Source of the DNA: Stegostoma tigrinum
Taxonomy: Eukaryota
DNA length: 64,000 bases
Assembly (NCBI RefSeq): GCF_030684315.1
Contig: NC_081355.1
Span: 85,460,924 to 85,524,923 of the forward strand
Direction of reading: 5' to 3'
Shown: piece after piece, positions 26,583 to 39,574 of the stretch
Position numbering within the stretch: the first letter of the stretch is position 1
Layout of the letters: each line of letters begins with the position of its first letter
Position numbers and translations under genes: made by a program
The notes under the pieces: model-generated
The model's input: only the letters and a program-made list of their open reading frames with translations
Told to the model about the DNA's origin: nothing
Database searches by the model: none

Positions 26583-27489
26583 AGAAGTAAGACCAGTAAG
26601 TTGTAAGGGAGAACAAAATAAGCTGGCAATGACTGAATCAATCTAGAGATATGACCTAAGACTCAAACAGTAACACAGCATGAATAGTGGTCAGGAGCAG
26701 TAATGCTTAATTTACTTGACATTTCTAAGTTTACCGACTACATATTGCCCTCTCATGAATTCAAGATCTTTTTACAGACTGACAAAATACCCAAGAACAA
26801 ATTTTATTCTGATAGTTGTAAACTAGGTCAAAACAGCACAACTAAAATTCATTAACATTGAAGTTAGTTTCTTGATACTGGTAGACAAATGCTCTTTTGT
26901 CCTTCTTTTACCCACTATTTTAATTGAAATATTGATTAATTTATTTTAATCAATTAACACCTCTGATAAAACAGTTGCAAAAGAACTGTACTTTTAATCT
27001 AAGGATAGCTAATGAGTACGTGCAATGACGCTGTCACAGTGACCTTTGATCACACGGAGCTAGAGTTTGAGTCTGGAGGGCTTCATTCCTTTACCATCCA
27101 TTGTATAGAGTTATCTTCAATAAAGCATGTTGCTATTCATTCACAAGAGTGTAGTTACCAAATTATTACAATGGTATGGAAAGAATCTCACATAATACAT
27201 TATGCATTTGTTTTATTTCCTAGCATAATTTTAGCTGCACGTTTCAAGTAACTATGATAGATTCACTATTAACTCTGGACTTACCTGGAGAACACTTTAC
27301 TGATGGCTGCCTTCTGACTTGTTAGTACACAACCTTTTAAAAAGTGGTTGGAAGTGAAAATTGATAAAGTTAGAAACAATGATCATTAGAAGGAAAGTGT
27401 AACAATCTGTTCTGTCTGCAAGAATAAAAGTGACCTTTCAGTTGTTTGCCATATCAATATACCATCTTGCTTTTATCCTACCTGCTGTA

Positions 27490-27800
27490 GCATTCCAGTG
27501 CTACCTAATGTCAGCCAAAGGAACAGCATCTCACTTTTTACTTTGGTATTTCTGTGCTTCAGGACTCAACATGGTGTTCAGCAATTTCAGAGCATGAACA
27601 ACATCCACCATTTTGCTCTGGACACTTCACCACTCCACCTTCTCACCTATCAACAACAGCATACAAATCATCATTTTCCAACAACCCTCCGTTCTGAAGA
27701 AGTTATTGCAATTGAACCGTTAACTGTTTCTGTTTCTCTTTCTTGACAAGGGTTATCAGACCGGCTGAATTTCTCTCGCATTTTTAGTTCTTAATTCAGA
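27490..27800 (+). mobile_element. Old Penelope-like 3' end (decayed GIY-YIG tail joined to a family-B terminus)
   Basis: AAGGAACAGCATCTCACT...TCAGGACTCAACATGGTGTTCAGCAATTTCAGAGCATGA resembles the EQHLIFRLG...GLNxxFxNF tail. It is followed by CTGAAGAAG...GAACCGTTAACT. Confidence 0.6.
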
Positions 27801-28935
27801 TCTCGAGAATGACCAGTAGCTTACATTTAGTTTTGTAACTGTATTTCTCATTGACCCGATAACAGAAACTTAAGGATTCTGCAACTTGTCATTCTACTAA
27901 GAAAATCTGGCAACTCGAAGTTCAGTTTTAATATTTTGTGGAAAACTATAGTGGAATGTCTGCGAAAGAAAACGGCAAACACTATAGTATTATTGTGCTC
28001 CTTCTTGATCGTGTTTGTAGCTGTGTGTTTGAAGGGCTATTCACAAAACATTTCTAAGTTTGTTCACAGCACATTTTACTATCTCTCAATTCTTAAAAGT
28101 CAGTTGTTTTGATTTGAACTCTTGTTACTGGGCCAGACCGGCCCACTTCCATTAGTATTGATTTTTGTTTTTGTTGGCTTGTTGGTTTGGATGCTAATCC
28201 CTCATTTTTTAATTCGGAACAAATTCGTCGCTTGTAATTTACAAAGTAGTCCTTTTAACTGTTTGTTTTGGGGCACTTCAAGGTCACAATTTGAAATTCT
28301 CATCAGGTGTGTATTTTAAAAGTTATTAATGTGCCTATATTCTAGTATTTGTTCGTCACTGTTCATTTTAATGTGTCTTCTGTGCTTACTAAATGGGATT
28401 CGCAATGATTTTATATGCCACTAACCCAAACACGAAGAATGTTAACAGTCATTGTTGTTGATTCTTTCTAAATAATTGATAGACTAGTGAAGGAATAATG
28501 AATTTTTTTTTCAGTGGAAATACTGGACAGAATGATGAAGCTGTATTATTATCAACAATAGTAAGATGTTGACCTGCAAGGAAATAATTTGTACCATACA
28601 ATGATCCAAGTTCTTAACAATATCAATAAATATACGGCCCTGCATTGATATCATTTGCCCTTAGTGATTAGACATAAAATATTAGATTGAATTTAGTGGA
28701 ACCTTCTGGTTCAGGAATAATCGTAGAGGGCAATGCTGGAACAATAGGGTGGAAACATGGTGCACAACTCATGAAGTAGGTAAACTATCTGCTGGGGGTG
28801 GGAAAGGCCTGATGTGGATATCTTGACCACTTTTACTGAGATACTGTTTCAGAGATAGTAGGAACTGCAGATGCTGGAGAATCTGAGATAACAAGGTGTA
28901 GAGCTGGATGAACACAGCAGGCCAAGCAGCATCAG

Positions 28936-28972
28936 ATTTCTGAAGAAGGGTCGAGGCCCGAAACGTCAGCTT
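28936..28972 (+). ncRNA. Minimal hammerhead ribozyme motif with an intact core, inside a hairpin PLE-A insertion (about 28850-29032)
   Basis: The motif reads CTGAAGA(28940-28946)-A-GGGTC-GA-GGCCC-GAAA-C-GTC(28965-28967). Confidence 0.7.
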
Positions 28973-29334
28973 TCCTGCTCCTTTGGCATTGCTTGGCCTG
29001 CTGTGTACATCCAGCTCTACACTTTGTTATTTCATTTACTGAGATATTGATTGGATTCATGAAAGAACAACTTTATTTATCCTTGAGCCCATCAGGATTT
29101 GATGATGGTTCAGGGATTTAAAGGGACCCATATGGGTTTTTGTGCCTCTCTCTGATGTAGAACTCGATCAAGGCAATCAGTCTGACCACACAGAGAGAGT
29201 CAAGTTGTCAAAGGCAGTTGTAAATCAATGGACTCTTGACACACTGTTATATTATGCCTCAGGATAATGTCACTATAAGATATTATAAGATGAAAATGAG
29301 AAGTAAATGAATAGTAAATCCTTGGGAAATGTTC

Positions 29335-29780
29335 AGAAATCACACAACACTACGCTATAGTCCGACAGGCTTATTTGAAAACGCAAGCTTTCAGAGCCTT
29401 GTTTCTTCTTCAGGTGTCAGTGAGAGATAGTATCAGATACAGAATTTATATGTAAAAGATCAAAGGGTAACACCACTGATAAGGACATATAAAACAAACC
29501 TAAGATGCTGTTAAATCTTTAATCAGTTAGATTTCAATTGATTAATATGTAAATGTAAATCCCTGAATTCCTTTCAAGTCACAGTCCTGAGAGAACTAAA
29601 GAAAAAGGTCTGTTTCCACTCTGTAGGGATTCTATGATGATTAAGAAAAGAAGAAGTGGCTTTTTGGTCAGACAATGCATGTTAGGTGTGAGGCCTTGTT
29701 TAGAATCTGTTTGTATTTTGGTTTGGAGTCAGACTGGTTTTATTTGTAAAGTAGGAATTAATAAAACACCACAAATAACG
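29335..29780 (-). mobile_element. Penelope-like family C 3' end with a decayed hammerhead
   Basis: The reverse complement reads CAC-CTGAAGA(29413-29407)-AGAAACAAGGCTCT-GAAA-GCTT, followed by AAATAAGCCTGTCGGACTATAGCGTAGTGTTGTGTGATTT. Confidence 0.6.
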
Positions 29781-29802
29781 TAAGCATATTATCCAGATGA
29801 GT

Positions 29803-29947
29803 AGGTAGGAACTGCTGATGCTGGAGAATCTGAGATATAACGCTGTGAAGCATTCTTCAGAAGGGTCTTGACCCGAAACGTCAGCTTTCCTGCTCCTCTG
29901 ATGCTGCTTGGCCTGCTGTGTTCATCCAGCTTCACACCATTTTATCT
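29803..29947 (+). mobile_element. PLE-A hairpin insertion
   Basis: An inverted 5' part is followed by AGAAGGGTCTTGACCCGAAACGTC. The flanks carry a duplicated AGATGAGT. Confidence 0.75.
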
Positions 29948-32571
29948 AGATGAGTGTTTCTTCTAACAAATCCAAGCTGGCTGTCTGTGATTATCCTCAT
30001 TTACAAATGTATGTTTATTTTGTCCTTGATGATAGCTTTTACTACGCTCTTTTCTGATGATGTTAGGCTGACAGACCTGCAGTTTCTTAGTTTAACCCTT
30101 TTCCCTTTCTTGAATGAGAGTGTAACTTCCTCAACCCTACAGTTCCTTCGCACTGCTCCTGTATTCAATTAGGACAGAAAATATTTGATGGCTGATATAT
30201 GAATGTAGAATTAGGCAACAAAAAGCTTTCAGTGAGATACAAGTTTAATTGTAAATCTATAGTTTAGCGCAAACCCCAGCTTCTACCTTTCTCTTCCAGA
30301 CCCGTTCTTATACAGAAGTGCCCCACCGCCCCCCGCCCCGCCCCGCCCAGCCCAAGGGAGGAGTCCAGCTCTTTTTTGGAAGATAAACCTGTAGGAAATA
30401 AGCTTTTGGTTTCATTCTAAAAACCCGTAACCCAATACCTGAATACCTAACGACCACTGTCACAATAACAAAAGAAGGGGAATCTAAATCAAAGTGGAGT
30501 GAGTGGAGAAATGATGCGTCACAGCCCCCATTGGCCTCCAAAAGTCCTGATGGGATGAAACCAGTTTTTATTAAGATCAACATCTTCAGACATGTTATAT
30601 CACCCATTTGAGGTAGTGGAGGGCTTGATCCCAAACTTCTTGGCTCAGAGGCAGGGGCAATACCATTGACACTGATCTACCATGTAGCAACAAGAGCACC
30701 TTTGGAACCAAGCTTTTCTTTTTAATATCGACACATGAAATCCTCCCAATAATGCATGATAACTCTCATGATGCCTAACTCTCTCTAAAAGCACCGACTG
30801 CGCTGATAGACAATGCATGCTGCCTCTCCAAGGTCAATCAGGCAAACTGCAGAAGACAGATGGGTAATTGGTGACTATGACTTCCACAATGGCCTGCTGT
30901 GTAGACCTGATCATGATAACTTTAGCTGGGCTTCAGAAACCAGCTTTTTATTTTGCTTAAGCCATTGCCAATCATCCCTGTTGCAGAACCCAGCTCTTCC
31001 CAACCCAAAGATGCTTTTATGTACTTCTGAATGGTTTGCTACTGACACCAAATCACCCATGAAACCTTTTTAAAACTTTTTACTCCACCACCAAATCACC
31101 TGTGTTTCTAATTAAACAAAGCATTTACAAGAACTGCCCATTAGGGACAGTGCAACAATATCAAAAGTGAGGGAAAGGTAGGGAGATAGGGAGGGCACTA
31201 ACTTAAAATGGAGTTGGAGAGTGAAGCAATGACTTCACCCCCTATAGTGCCTGCCTGTCTCAAAGGTACCAAGAGTGTTAGTGGATATCTGAGTGTGAAC
31301 ATAGCCACGGAATACAGGCAGGGAGTTGGGATCCCTCCATGGCCTTTTGGCTGCACCTGTTGATAGCTACTTTAGCTTTTATAAAAATTAATCCAGCAGC
31401 AAATCACCCATGTTGCAGAACCCAGTTCTTAAGTACAAAGTCTGTTTCACTCCGGGGCTGTTCTAGTTAATCTTTCAAAGGACCTACATTACTAACATTG
31501 ACAGAAAAAAAAATGAGACCAATTCATCTGCTTTTGCTGATATTACCATACCATATTTCACATTCAACCATTGTATCTATTCTTCTGAAGTTGGGTAGCC
31601 CCTCCACCTAGTACTTCTAACTCTAAGGGTTTCAGTGTTTTCTTTAAATCTCTTTGCAGCCATAAATTTTCCAGTCCAATATTTATCTTTGGTAACACTT
31701 AATTCCACACTTTGAGACATTTTGTGCAGCTCCTTTCCACTTATAGCATCACATCTTTCAGTTATTTGAGTTATTTTATTTATTTCAATTCCCTTCCTCA
31801 AACTCTCTGTTTTTCTATGTCTAACTATGCATCATTTAACAATCTTCTGAAAACTAATTTCTTCCACTAGGTTTTTCCCCTCACCCTTTCTAAATTTCTT
31901 GCTTACAAATCCATGTTTGAATCACAATCTATCTCTGTTTGAGATGCCTGCGAACTCTGCATTTTTTACATGAAAAATACATACCAAACAAAACTGTAAA
32001 ATACAAAGCTTTGATTGCATTATGAAAACCATGTGGTTTCTCTGGAAACCACACAATAGCAAAAAAACCATTTTCAAAATGTTATTGTATGCTTGTGGTA
32101 ACAAGCATTCAATGTGTTTGTCAACATCTGTATTAATTAACTCTGTTCTAGTAAAATTGAAATTTGTGATACAATTTCATAAGAAGTCCACTAAACTCTG
32201 TGCTAAATTATCTATATGTCTGATTTTGCAATATATTTATACATTCCAATTATTATGTCATTAGTATTGAATTATTGATTAAATTTATGCATTCATACAA
32301 GTTTTCAGGAATATGAATTAGAACAATTTTATTAATTTGCAAGAAGCTTTTTAAAGTTGGAAACAATATAGTTTTATCGATAAATTTCTATACACCAGTT
32401 CAGGCCTTACATTTATCAGGATTAGTACACTATTCATTTTAAAATAAGTTCCATATACAGATCATAATATTAAACAGCGATCCTTATAGGATTGTCCTCC
32501 ATACATTGGCAAATATATTTTAGTTTCCAAATAACAACTTGACAAACCTGGTAGAATTTGCCAAAACTACG

Positions 32572-32577
32572 TTTATT
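32572..32577 (-). terminator. Candidate polyadenylation signal of gngt1
   Basis: AATAAA occurs on the minus strand about 175 nt after the stop codon. A second copy lies at 32328-32333. Confidence 0.4.
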
Positions 32578-32751
32578 TTGCAGCTGGTGCTGAAATGCTT
32601 TTTAATTTCAAAAACAACTTGAAGATGTCACGCAAAATGACTCCATTTTTCCAACTTCCAGGTTTAGCATCTATGGGGTTTTGTTATACTAATGGGCATT
32701 AAACTTTAGAAAATACCATGATGCTCTGAGGGTATCCCAGTTCTGTCCGAT

Positions 32752-32877
32752 TTATGATATGACACAGCCACCCTTCTCCTTGAAGGGATTTTTGTCCTCA
32801 GGAATTCCCTTTACCAAAGGATCTTCTGCAGATTGCGATTCAATGTAATCCTTCAGTTCCTCCGCACATTTAGACAC
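32752..32877 (-). CDS. gngt1: G protein gamma-T1, last coding exon
   Basis: The acceptor is ttgtttcag|GTG. Translation: VSKCAEELKDYIESQSAEDPLVKGIPEDKNPFKEKGGCVIS*, which contains the DPL and NPF motifs and a farnesylation-type CAAX box (CVIS). Spliced to the upstream exon it gives 68 aa. Confidence 0.95.
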   Translation of the reverse strand: MSKCAEELKDYIESQSAEDPLVKGIPEDKNPFKEKGGCVIS

Positions 32878-34612
32878 CTGAAACAATTCAATATAAAAGT
32901 TATAAGTGGCAGGTGTAAAACAGCGAGAGTAGAAATTAAACACAATAACCGTAGTATACATTGCAGAGAGCTGTCTCTTGACTTTGAGAATGGGATTTTT
33001 TTCGAATTCATGAAACAGGATGACGGTTTCACTGGTTAGGTAATATTTATTACTGATCCCTAACTTGCCAGAGGGCAGTTCAGAGTCAGCAACATCGCTG
33101 TGGGTCTGGAGTCACATGTAGGCCAGACCAGGTAAGGATGGCAGTTTCCTTCCCTAAATGACATTAGTGAACCGGGTAGGTTTTTCCAACAATCAACATC
33201 AGATTCATGGTCATCATAACATTCTTACTTTCAGATATTTTATTGAATTCAAATTCCACCATCTGCTGTGGCAGGATTCATACCCAGGTCCAGAGACAGC
33301 TATCTGGGTCTCTGGATTAACAATCTAGCAATAATACCACTCAGCCATCATCTCATTATTAGCATATTCGGTCCCGTTGTTTCATACTTTGAATGCAGTG
33401 TTACAATTTCCAACAGATCCTACATTATCTCTAATTAATGTTAATTCACAAAAAGTTAGTGGATTATAGAGGATGCCTTGTGGTAGCACCCCTGCCTCAA
33501 AAAATCAGAAGCTCAGAGCTCAAGTCCCACTGTAATAATGGCTATGGAAAGTGGATCATAATGTGGTCAAACAGGTTGATTAACTACAAATCTTTCCAGT
33601 AAAAGCAGGAGAATCTCCTGGTCAGCCATGAGTGATATGAAGTGTTGTCTCTCCCCAAGCTATAGTTTCTGGCAACAGTGCAGCAACTATTTTGGGGGAA
33701 AAAGATAGCCACAGAAGGCACATAATTATGTGCTTTATCTGCTCTAATGTTTTACTTGACGTATGAAAGTCCAAGTGTAATTTAGATTACAGGTTTAATT
33801 GAAGATTAAACATATTCTGGATTCTTGTGCAATTTGGTCAAATGTTTAGAGTGGCCTTCATTTTAAAAGGAGGAACAAGTGCATCACCATGTTGTGTCCT
33901 GACTCAGCAGGTCTGGGAAGAGAAATCAGAGCTAACTTTTAGGTCCAATGACCCTTCTTCAGGCTTGCTGAGCTTTTCCATCAATTTCTGTTTTTCTTTC
34001 TGATTTCCACCATCTACAGTTCTTTCATTTTCATTTTGTATTTATCAGACATTTGATTTGAAGCCTTGATAATGCTTAATGACTTAGGACAGCAGTGGGT
34101 CATTTTTGTTTTTACTTCAAGCGTTGTTCCCACTCACTCATCAGGCAGATCCAAAGCTATGAAAAATACCATGGTGGATGTGTCATATCATAGATTTGCT
34201 TCTTCACGTTTAGTTTTTATTTAGCTTTTAGTAACGCCGATTGGCAATTTTGAATGCGAGTTGCATTACATGAAGCGAATTTTAACACCAACTTGGCGAA
34301 CGTTAAAGAATAACTGCAGAGCCACCGAACCATATCACAGCTTTCATGTTGGCGTACAAATAGGAGCCGGCGTAGGCCACTTGTAACCCGTCCGGATGTT
34401 CCGCCATTCAATAAAGATTAGGATTGATCCACATTCTCACCCAACCCGAACAACCTCACACCTTGCTCGTCAAAAACCTCTTTTTCCCCCTTAAGAATAT
34501 TCAAAGATTCTGGGACGACTTTTGTTTTGAGGGATAACATTTAGAAGATTCTCCTCCTCTCTGTCTTAAATTGTTTTCCAAGAGCGAGTAAATGAGAAAC
34601 GGGAAACCTTAC

Positions 34613-34693
34613 CAACATCCTCTCTAACGGTATTTCTTTACGAAGTTGCTCTATCTCCATTTTCAACCGGTCTTTATCCGTTAGCTCATCCAT
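34613..34693 (-). CDS. gngt1: G protein gamma-T1 (rod transducin gamma), first coding exon
   Basis: Translation: MDELTDKDRLKMEIEQLRKEIPLERML (27 codons). The acceptor is tttgtatttaag| with the exon starting at 34713, and the phase-0 donor is TTG|GTAAGG at 34613/34612. The ERML-VSK junction matches GNGT1. Confidence 0.92.
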
Positions 34694-34852
34694 TCTGGAC
34701 TGCTGTCGTTTGTCTTAAATACAAACAAATAAACTTTTGTTCAGAATATTGTTAACATAATTGCTGCTTTGAAATCACTGAACAAAACTCCCGCCACACT
34801 GCAAATGAATGAATAATTTTACAAGTCTAAGGGTTGGACGCGATTAGCTCAC

Positions 34853-34960
34853 CTTGTCCTGGGATAAAGTCAACTCATTCACTGGAGAGTTCGTGGGAGA
34901 GGCTCTCCAGCCACTGCTCACGTTAACTTTCCCAGTCCGCTTCTACAGCAGTGCAACCTT
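34853..34960 (-). other. gngt1: Probable non-coding 5' exon of gngt1 (5' end approximate)
   Basis: A consensus donor, AAG|GTGAG, sits at 34853/34852, leaving a 139-nt intron before the 34713 exon. An in-frame upstream stop means no N-terminal extension. Confidence 0.6.
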
Positions 34961-34984
34961 TTGTAATGCCCTCTAAAACAGGGC

Positions 34985-35046
34985 TCTTAATATCTCAATC
35001 TTCTAATGTGATTAAGTCGAAAGCATGATCAGATTTAATCATTAAA
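34985..35046. promoter_or_regulatory. Putative photoreceptor promoter with CRX/OTX-type TAATC motifs
   Basis: GATTAAG (reverse complement CTTAATC) occurs at 35010-35016 and TAATC at 35036-35040. A further CTAATC lies on the minus strand at about 34842-34847 in intron 1. Confidence 0.5.
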
Positions 35047-35902
35047 TAGAAGGGGAGAAAATCCTTGCCAAACATATTGTTCTAAAATTGTATACGCGGC
35101 TTTTAAAGGAAACAGTTTTTTTAAAAAAAACATATCCTTCCTTCGGTTCGTCAGCCTTCCTGTAAATACACATTTTGTTTATTTTAAAATTGCATTTATT
35201 AATAAAGTGGATCGTACTGACGTCAGTAGCAGTAAGCTGCAAAAGTCTATTATCAGAGTATTTATCTCCTCTTACACATCTGTTAGAGTGTGTCACCTAC
35301 TGCACGCAGTCACTTCTAATGACCACTTTTAATAATTCTCCTTACTTCCTAACAGCGCTGAATTATGTTTACAATTAATGTGTTCACATTAGTTCTGGAT
35401 TTGTTTAACACGTAGACATCTTCATAATTTCTTAAAATGGGTTGATGTAATAGGTCGAAATGTTATCTCTGATTTTTTTCTTCACAGGTGCGGCCAGACC
35501 TGCTGAGCTTTTCCAGCGACTTATGTTTTTGTTCCTGATTTACAGCATCCACAGTTCTTTCGGTTTTTATGATGTGAAAGGTTGATGTTTTTTAAAAAAA
35601 TCTGATTGTTCCAAGATGAAGTTTATCTTCTGATCAAACATTTAAAATGCAGTGTTATTCTGTAACAAGACATTTTCATGTGTGTACAGACTGCGGCAGG
35701 AGATAGGAAGTGCGGATCTATCTGTCCCTGTTTTGTAAAATGGTCCACATTCAGGCACCAATCACCCAAACCAATATTTAGATTAGGATGTTTTCATGTG
35801 TCTCTGACAGCCACAAAAGGCTTGAAATATTCTTACAAATGCAAACAGGGGCTGACTCTTGTTTTAGATCCACCCACTGAAATTCAATATGACAAAAATC
35901 AT

Positions 35903-36110
35903 GGAGATAACAAGGTGTGGAGCTGGATGAACGCAGCAGGCCAAGCAGCATCTTAGGAGCAGGAAAGCTGACGTTTTGGGCCTAGAGCCTTCATCGGAAG
36001 CCCAAAACATCAGCTGTCCTGCTCCTCTGATGCTGCTTGGCCTGCTATGTTCATCCAGCCATACACCATGTTATCTTGGAATCCTCAGCATCTGCAGTTC
36101 CTATTATCTC
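35903..36110. mobile_element. PLE-A hairpin (inverted dimer) insertion
   Basis: Two opposed copies of the terminal repeat are present. The TSD is TGACAAAA(A/G)TCAT. Confidence 0.8.
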
Positions 36111-36379
36111 TGACAAAAGTCATCTGTAATCTTTTGGTAAGCTCACTGGTGTAGCCAGGAGGTGCAGGAATGTCCCACACCTCTCAGTATCTCAATCACA
36201 CCTTCTCTCTTTGTTGCTCCACATACCACCTTTTGCAACCTGGAACTGAGACAGTTTCCTCAAACTGGTACAGTCAGATCCAAAGTTGTGAATGACAGGC
36301 ACTCAGCTGTCTCTGTCCAATTTCCTCTGTATGTGTCCAAACCCCTTCCCCACATTCCCAGAACCACAATAGGATTCAT

Positions 36380-36780
36380 CATGACCTCATTTTCCACCTC
36401 ACTAGTCTGCACATTCAAATTATCATTCTTGGTCATTTCTGCCACTTCTAATATGATGCTGTCACCAGATATATCTTCCCTTCGCAGTCGTCAGCATTTC
36501 GAAGGGACTGTTCCGTCAGCAACACATTGGTTTATTCTTTAAGCGCCACCAACGCCCATTCCCTTCCCTGAAACTTTCCCATACAATCATAATACTTACC
36601 CTCTGTCTCCTTTCTCTTTTTATCTATGAGTTCAACATCCAGGTAAAGCAACAATTTACTTCCAATTTAACATTGCTATATTTGTTGCATACAATGTGGT
36701 CTCCTCAGCACTGGGGAGATCAATCTCAGACTCAATAAATGGCATGCCAAACATCTGCAGTCAGACCATAAGTGCACCTT
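36380..36780 (+). mobile_element. Decayed Penelope-like RT/GIY-YIG linker fragment
   Basis: The decayed translation resembles the PLE motif FHPTSLHIQxIILxHF...AFRRDxSLxxxLVHS. Confidence 0.5.
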
Positions 36781-37603
36781 AATGAAGACCCTTTCCACTG
36801 ACTCCTGCTTATTACTAAAAGTTCATACTTCCAAGTCGATAGGCTGTGTGAGATCCTGACAGAGCAACAGAACAGGACGTAGCATATTCAAAGAGGAGCC
36901 ATCAGCTGGCCTGAACCGTACAGACAGCAACTCAGATTTGGTTCCCATCTTGGTTTAGAAGATAGGCTGTGCAGACCTACACAAAAAAAATGAGATGTTC
37001 CTGTGCTGAAGCAAGAGTGAGTAATCAGAATGGCCCAAGACTCCGCACATCAGAGGAGGAACTTAAATTCTATCTCTCCTGCAAAGGAGATACAAGTGAA
37101 CTTGGAAGAGCCAGAGAATAGAAAATGTCTGTCCACCAAGCACCTCTGACTGCAGTGAGTGTTCCGTCAGTGAGCTTTGTATAAAAGAACGGTGTATGAT
37201 CAGTGAATGGAGATTAGTATAAGTTAAGATACAAATAGCAGCAATTAGGATGAACACATGTCTATGGAGGGGAATATGTAGGATGGAACCAGGAGATATT
37301 GGAACAGATAAGTCTGAAAGTAACAAGAACATGGATAAGAGTGTCAGCAGCAGATCAGCAAAGGTGAAAGCAGAATATCTTTGTTACAAAGGGGATATGG
37401 TGTCAGAAGCTGATCTGAGTGTAACCAAAGTTTGTTCAGCTAAAGCCAGTAGACAGAGTAAGGAAGAGAAAATCCTTGGCAAGGTAACAGAGTTTGTAAC
37501 TGAGGAAGAGATTATCTCAGTTTTCTTAATATTTAATTAGACCATGGGGCCTGATGGGTTTAATCATGGTTGCGATCTGTACTCTAAACTCTAAATTCTG
37601 CCA

Positions 37604-37774
37604 GAGATAGTAGGAACTGCAGATGCTGGAGAATCTGAGGTAACAAGGTGTAGAGCTGGATGAACACAGCAGGCCAAGCAGCATCAGAGGAGCAGGAAAG
37701 CTGACGTTTTGGGACTAGACGTTTCTGAAGAAGGGTCTAGGCTCAAAACGTCATCCAGCTCTACAGCTTGTTAT
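37604..37774. mobile_element. PLE-A hairpin insertion
   Basis: Opposed copies include a decayed core, CTGAAGAAGGGTCTAGGCTCAAAACGTC. The TSD is CTAAATT(C/T)TGCCA. Confidence 0.8.
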
Positions 37775-38761
37775 CTAAATTTTGCCATAAAGGTTCTCTA
37801 GTCATGCATTCACAAGCAAGAATTAAAACCATCTTCGCTTCTAACCAATTTGAGGAAATTTATTACAATCCTTGAAATATGTTTCAAAAAAATCAAATTT
37901 ACTCCTCTTCATCATTATTCATGAAATATATGCACATTAATCTTTTGAGATAAGATTGTAATTTTTTTCTTCTGAATTGAAGTGTGAATTCTCCCCACAG
38001 TACACATAGAAGTGGAGAGTTAAGGCATCTTGTATTTCTGAATTTTTTATAATGATGCTTCCTTTTTGAATTATGTTGACTGGTGGAAGTAGATATATTT
38101 TAACTTCCTAGTTATTGCTATTTGTTTTTACATTACTACCTAGCTTCCTGTCATACTCTAAATTCTTCTTTTTGATTAATTTTGTCATTCTTTGCTGTAC
38201 TTTACAGTCTAACCAATCATTGGGCCTACCAGTCAACTTTTCTCAAGAAGCATGACCACATCCACAAGCATCCACCTCCCTTCAACACTGACACTCAGTA
38301 GCAGCAGTGTGTACTATCTATAACAAGCATTGCAGAAATTCACCAAAGATCCTCAGACAGCACCTTGTACGCACATGATCATTACCATCTAAAAGGACAT
38401 AGGCAGCAGGTATATAAGAACACTACCACCTTACAAATTCCCCTCCAAGCCTCTCACCATCCAGACTTGGGTTATTGTTTCTTCAGTATTGCTGGGTCAA
38501 AATTCTGGAGCACGCTGATTAACAGCATTGAGGGTCTGCCGGCGCTAAACAGATTGCAATGGCTCAAGAAAACAGTTCACCATCTTCTCAAGGGTAACTA
38601 GGCAATAAATGCTGACCCAACTCATGATGGCCACATTCTGTGAATGAATAGGAAACGATGAAGATGTAAGATGTGCCTATTCCACAAGACAAAAAAAACC
38701 TTCAGAGATGCCTTGGATTCTTCAATTCTTGGCACCATATATCTTGAACTTTTTTTTGTTT

Positions 38762-39075
38762 ATTAGATTCCCTACAGTGTGGAAACAGGCCCTTTGGCCC
38801 AACAAGCCCACACCGTTCCCTTGAAGCACCCCACCCAGATCCATCCGCCTATAACCCACACACCCCTGAACACTATGGCCAATTTAGCATGGCCAATCCA
38901 CCTAGCCTGCACATCTTTGGACTGTGGGAAGAAACCGGAGCACCCGGAGGAAACCCACGCAGACACAGGGAGGATGTGCAAACTCCACATTAACAGTTGC
39001 CCGAGGCTGGAATCGAACCCGGGTCCCTGATGCTGTGAGGCTGCAGTACTAACCACTGAGCCACCGTGCCGCCCG
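38762..39075 (-). mobile_element. HE1-type SINE
   Basis: This is a full-length reverse copy with A and B boxes and a CR1-like tail. Confidence 0.9.
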
Positions 39076-39574
39076 TAATGTGCCGTTTCTGACAAGGCAT
39101 GAACATTGAAAGTGATCCTAAAGGAAGACATACCCACATGTATGGCCATCAATACATGCTTGAGGTTTGTAAACTAGCATTGTCATCAGAAAACTGTACC
39201 GTGCAATACTGTGACCAAAGAAGAAGACAGTCTTGGAGTGTGCACTTGCAGAAATGTCTAAGTGTTGCATGACGCAATCACAATGACAGAATCACAGAAC
39301 TGTTATGGTGCAGGAGGAGGCTATTTCATCCATCATGCATGTGTCAGCTCTATTCCACAACCGCAATCTCCTGCTTTTTCCCTATCTTGCCAACTCTATC
39401 ACAAAACATCAATCTCCTGCTTTTTCCCTATCTTGCTCCACTCCATTTCTGTTCAATTAATCATTCAATGCCTTCTTTAATGCCTCAATCGAACCTGCCT
39501 CCTTCACACTTCCAGGCAATGCAATCCATACCCTAGCTACTCTGTGTTTAAAAAAAAAGCCAAATCTCACATCA

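Noticed and set aside
9480-32000. BET1 or GNG11, expected from human synteny
   Set aside because: I could not find exons matching either protein by eye. The plus-strand ATG and donor near 9484-9490 do not give a BET1 N-terminus.
32878-32961. N-terminal part of the 69-aa ORF 32752..32961 as coding
   Set aside because: This part is intronic. A canonical acceptor precedes 32877, and the true N-terminus is at 34693-34613.
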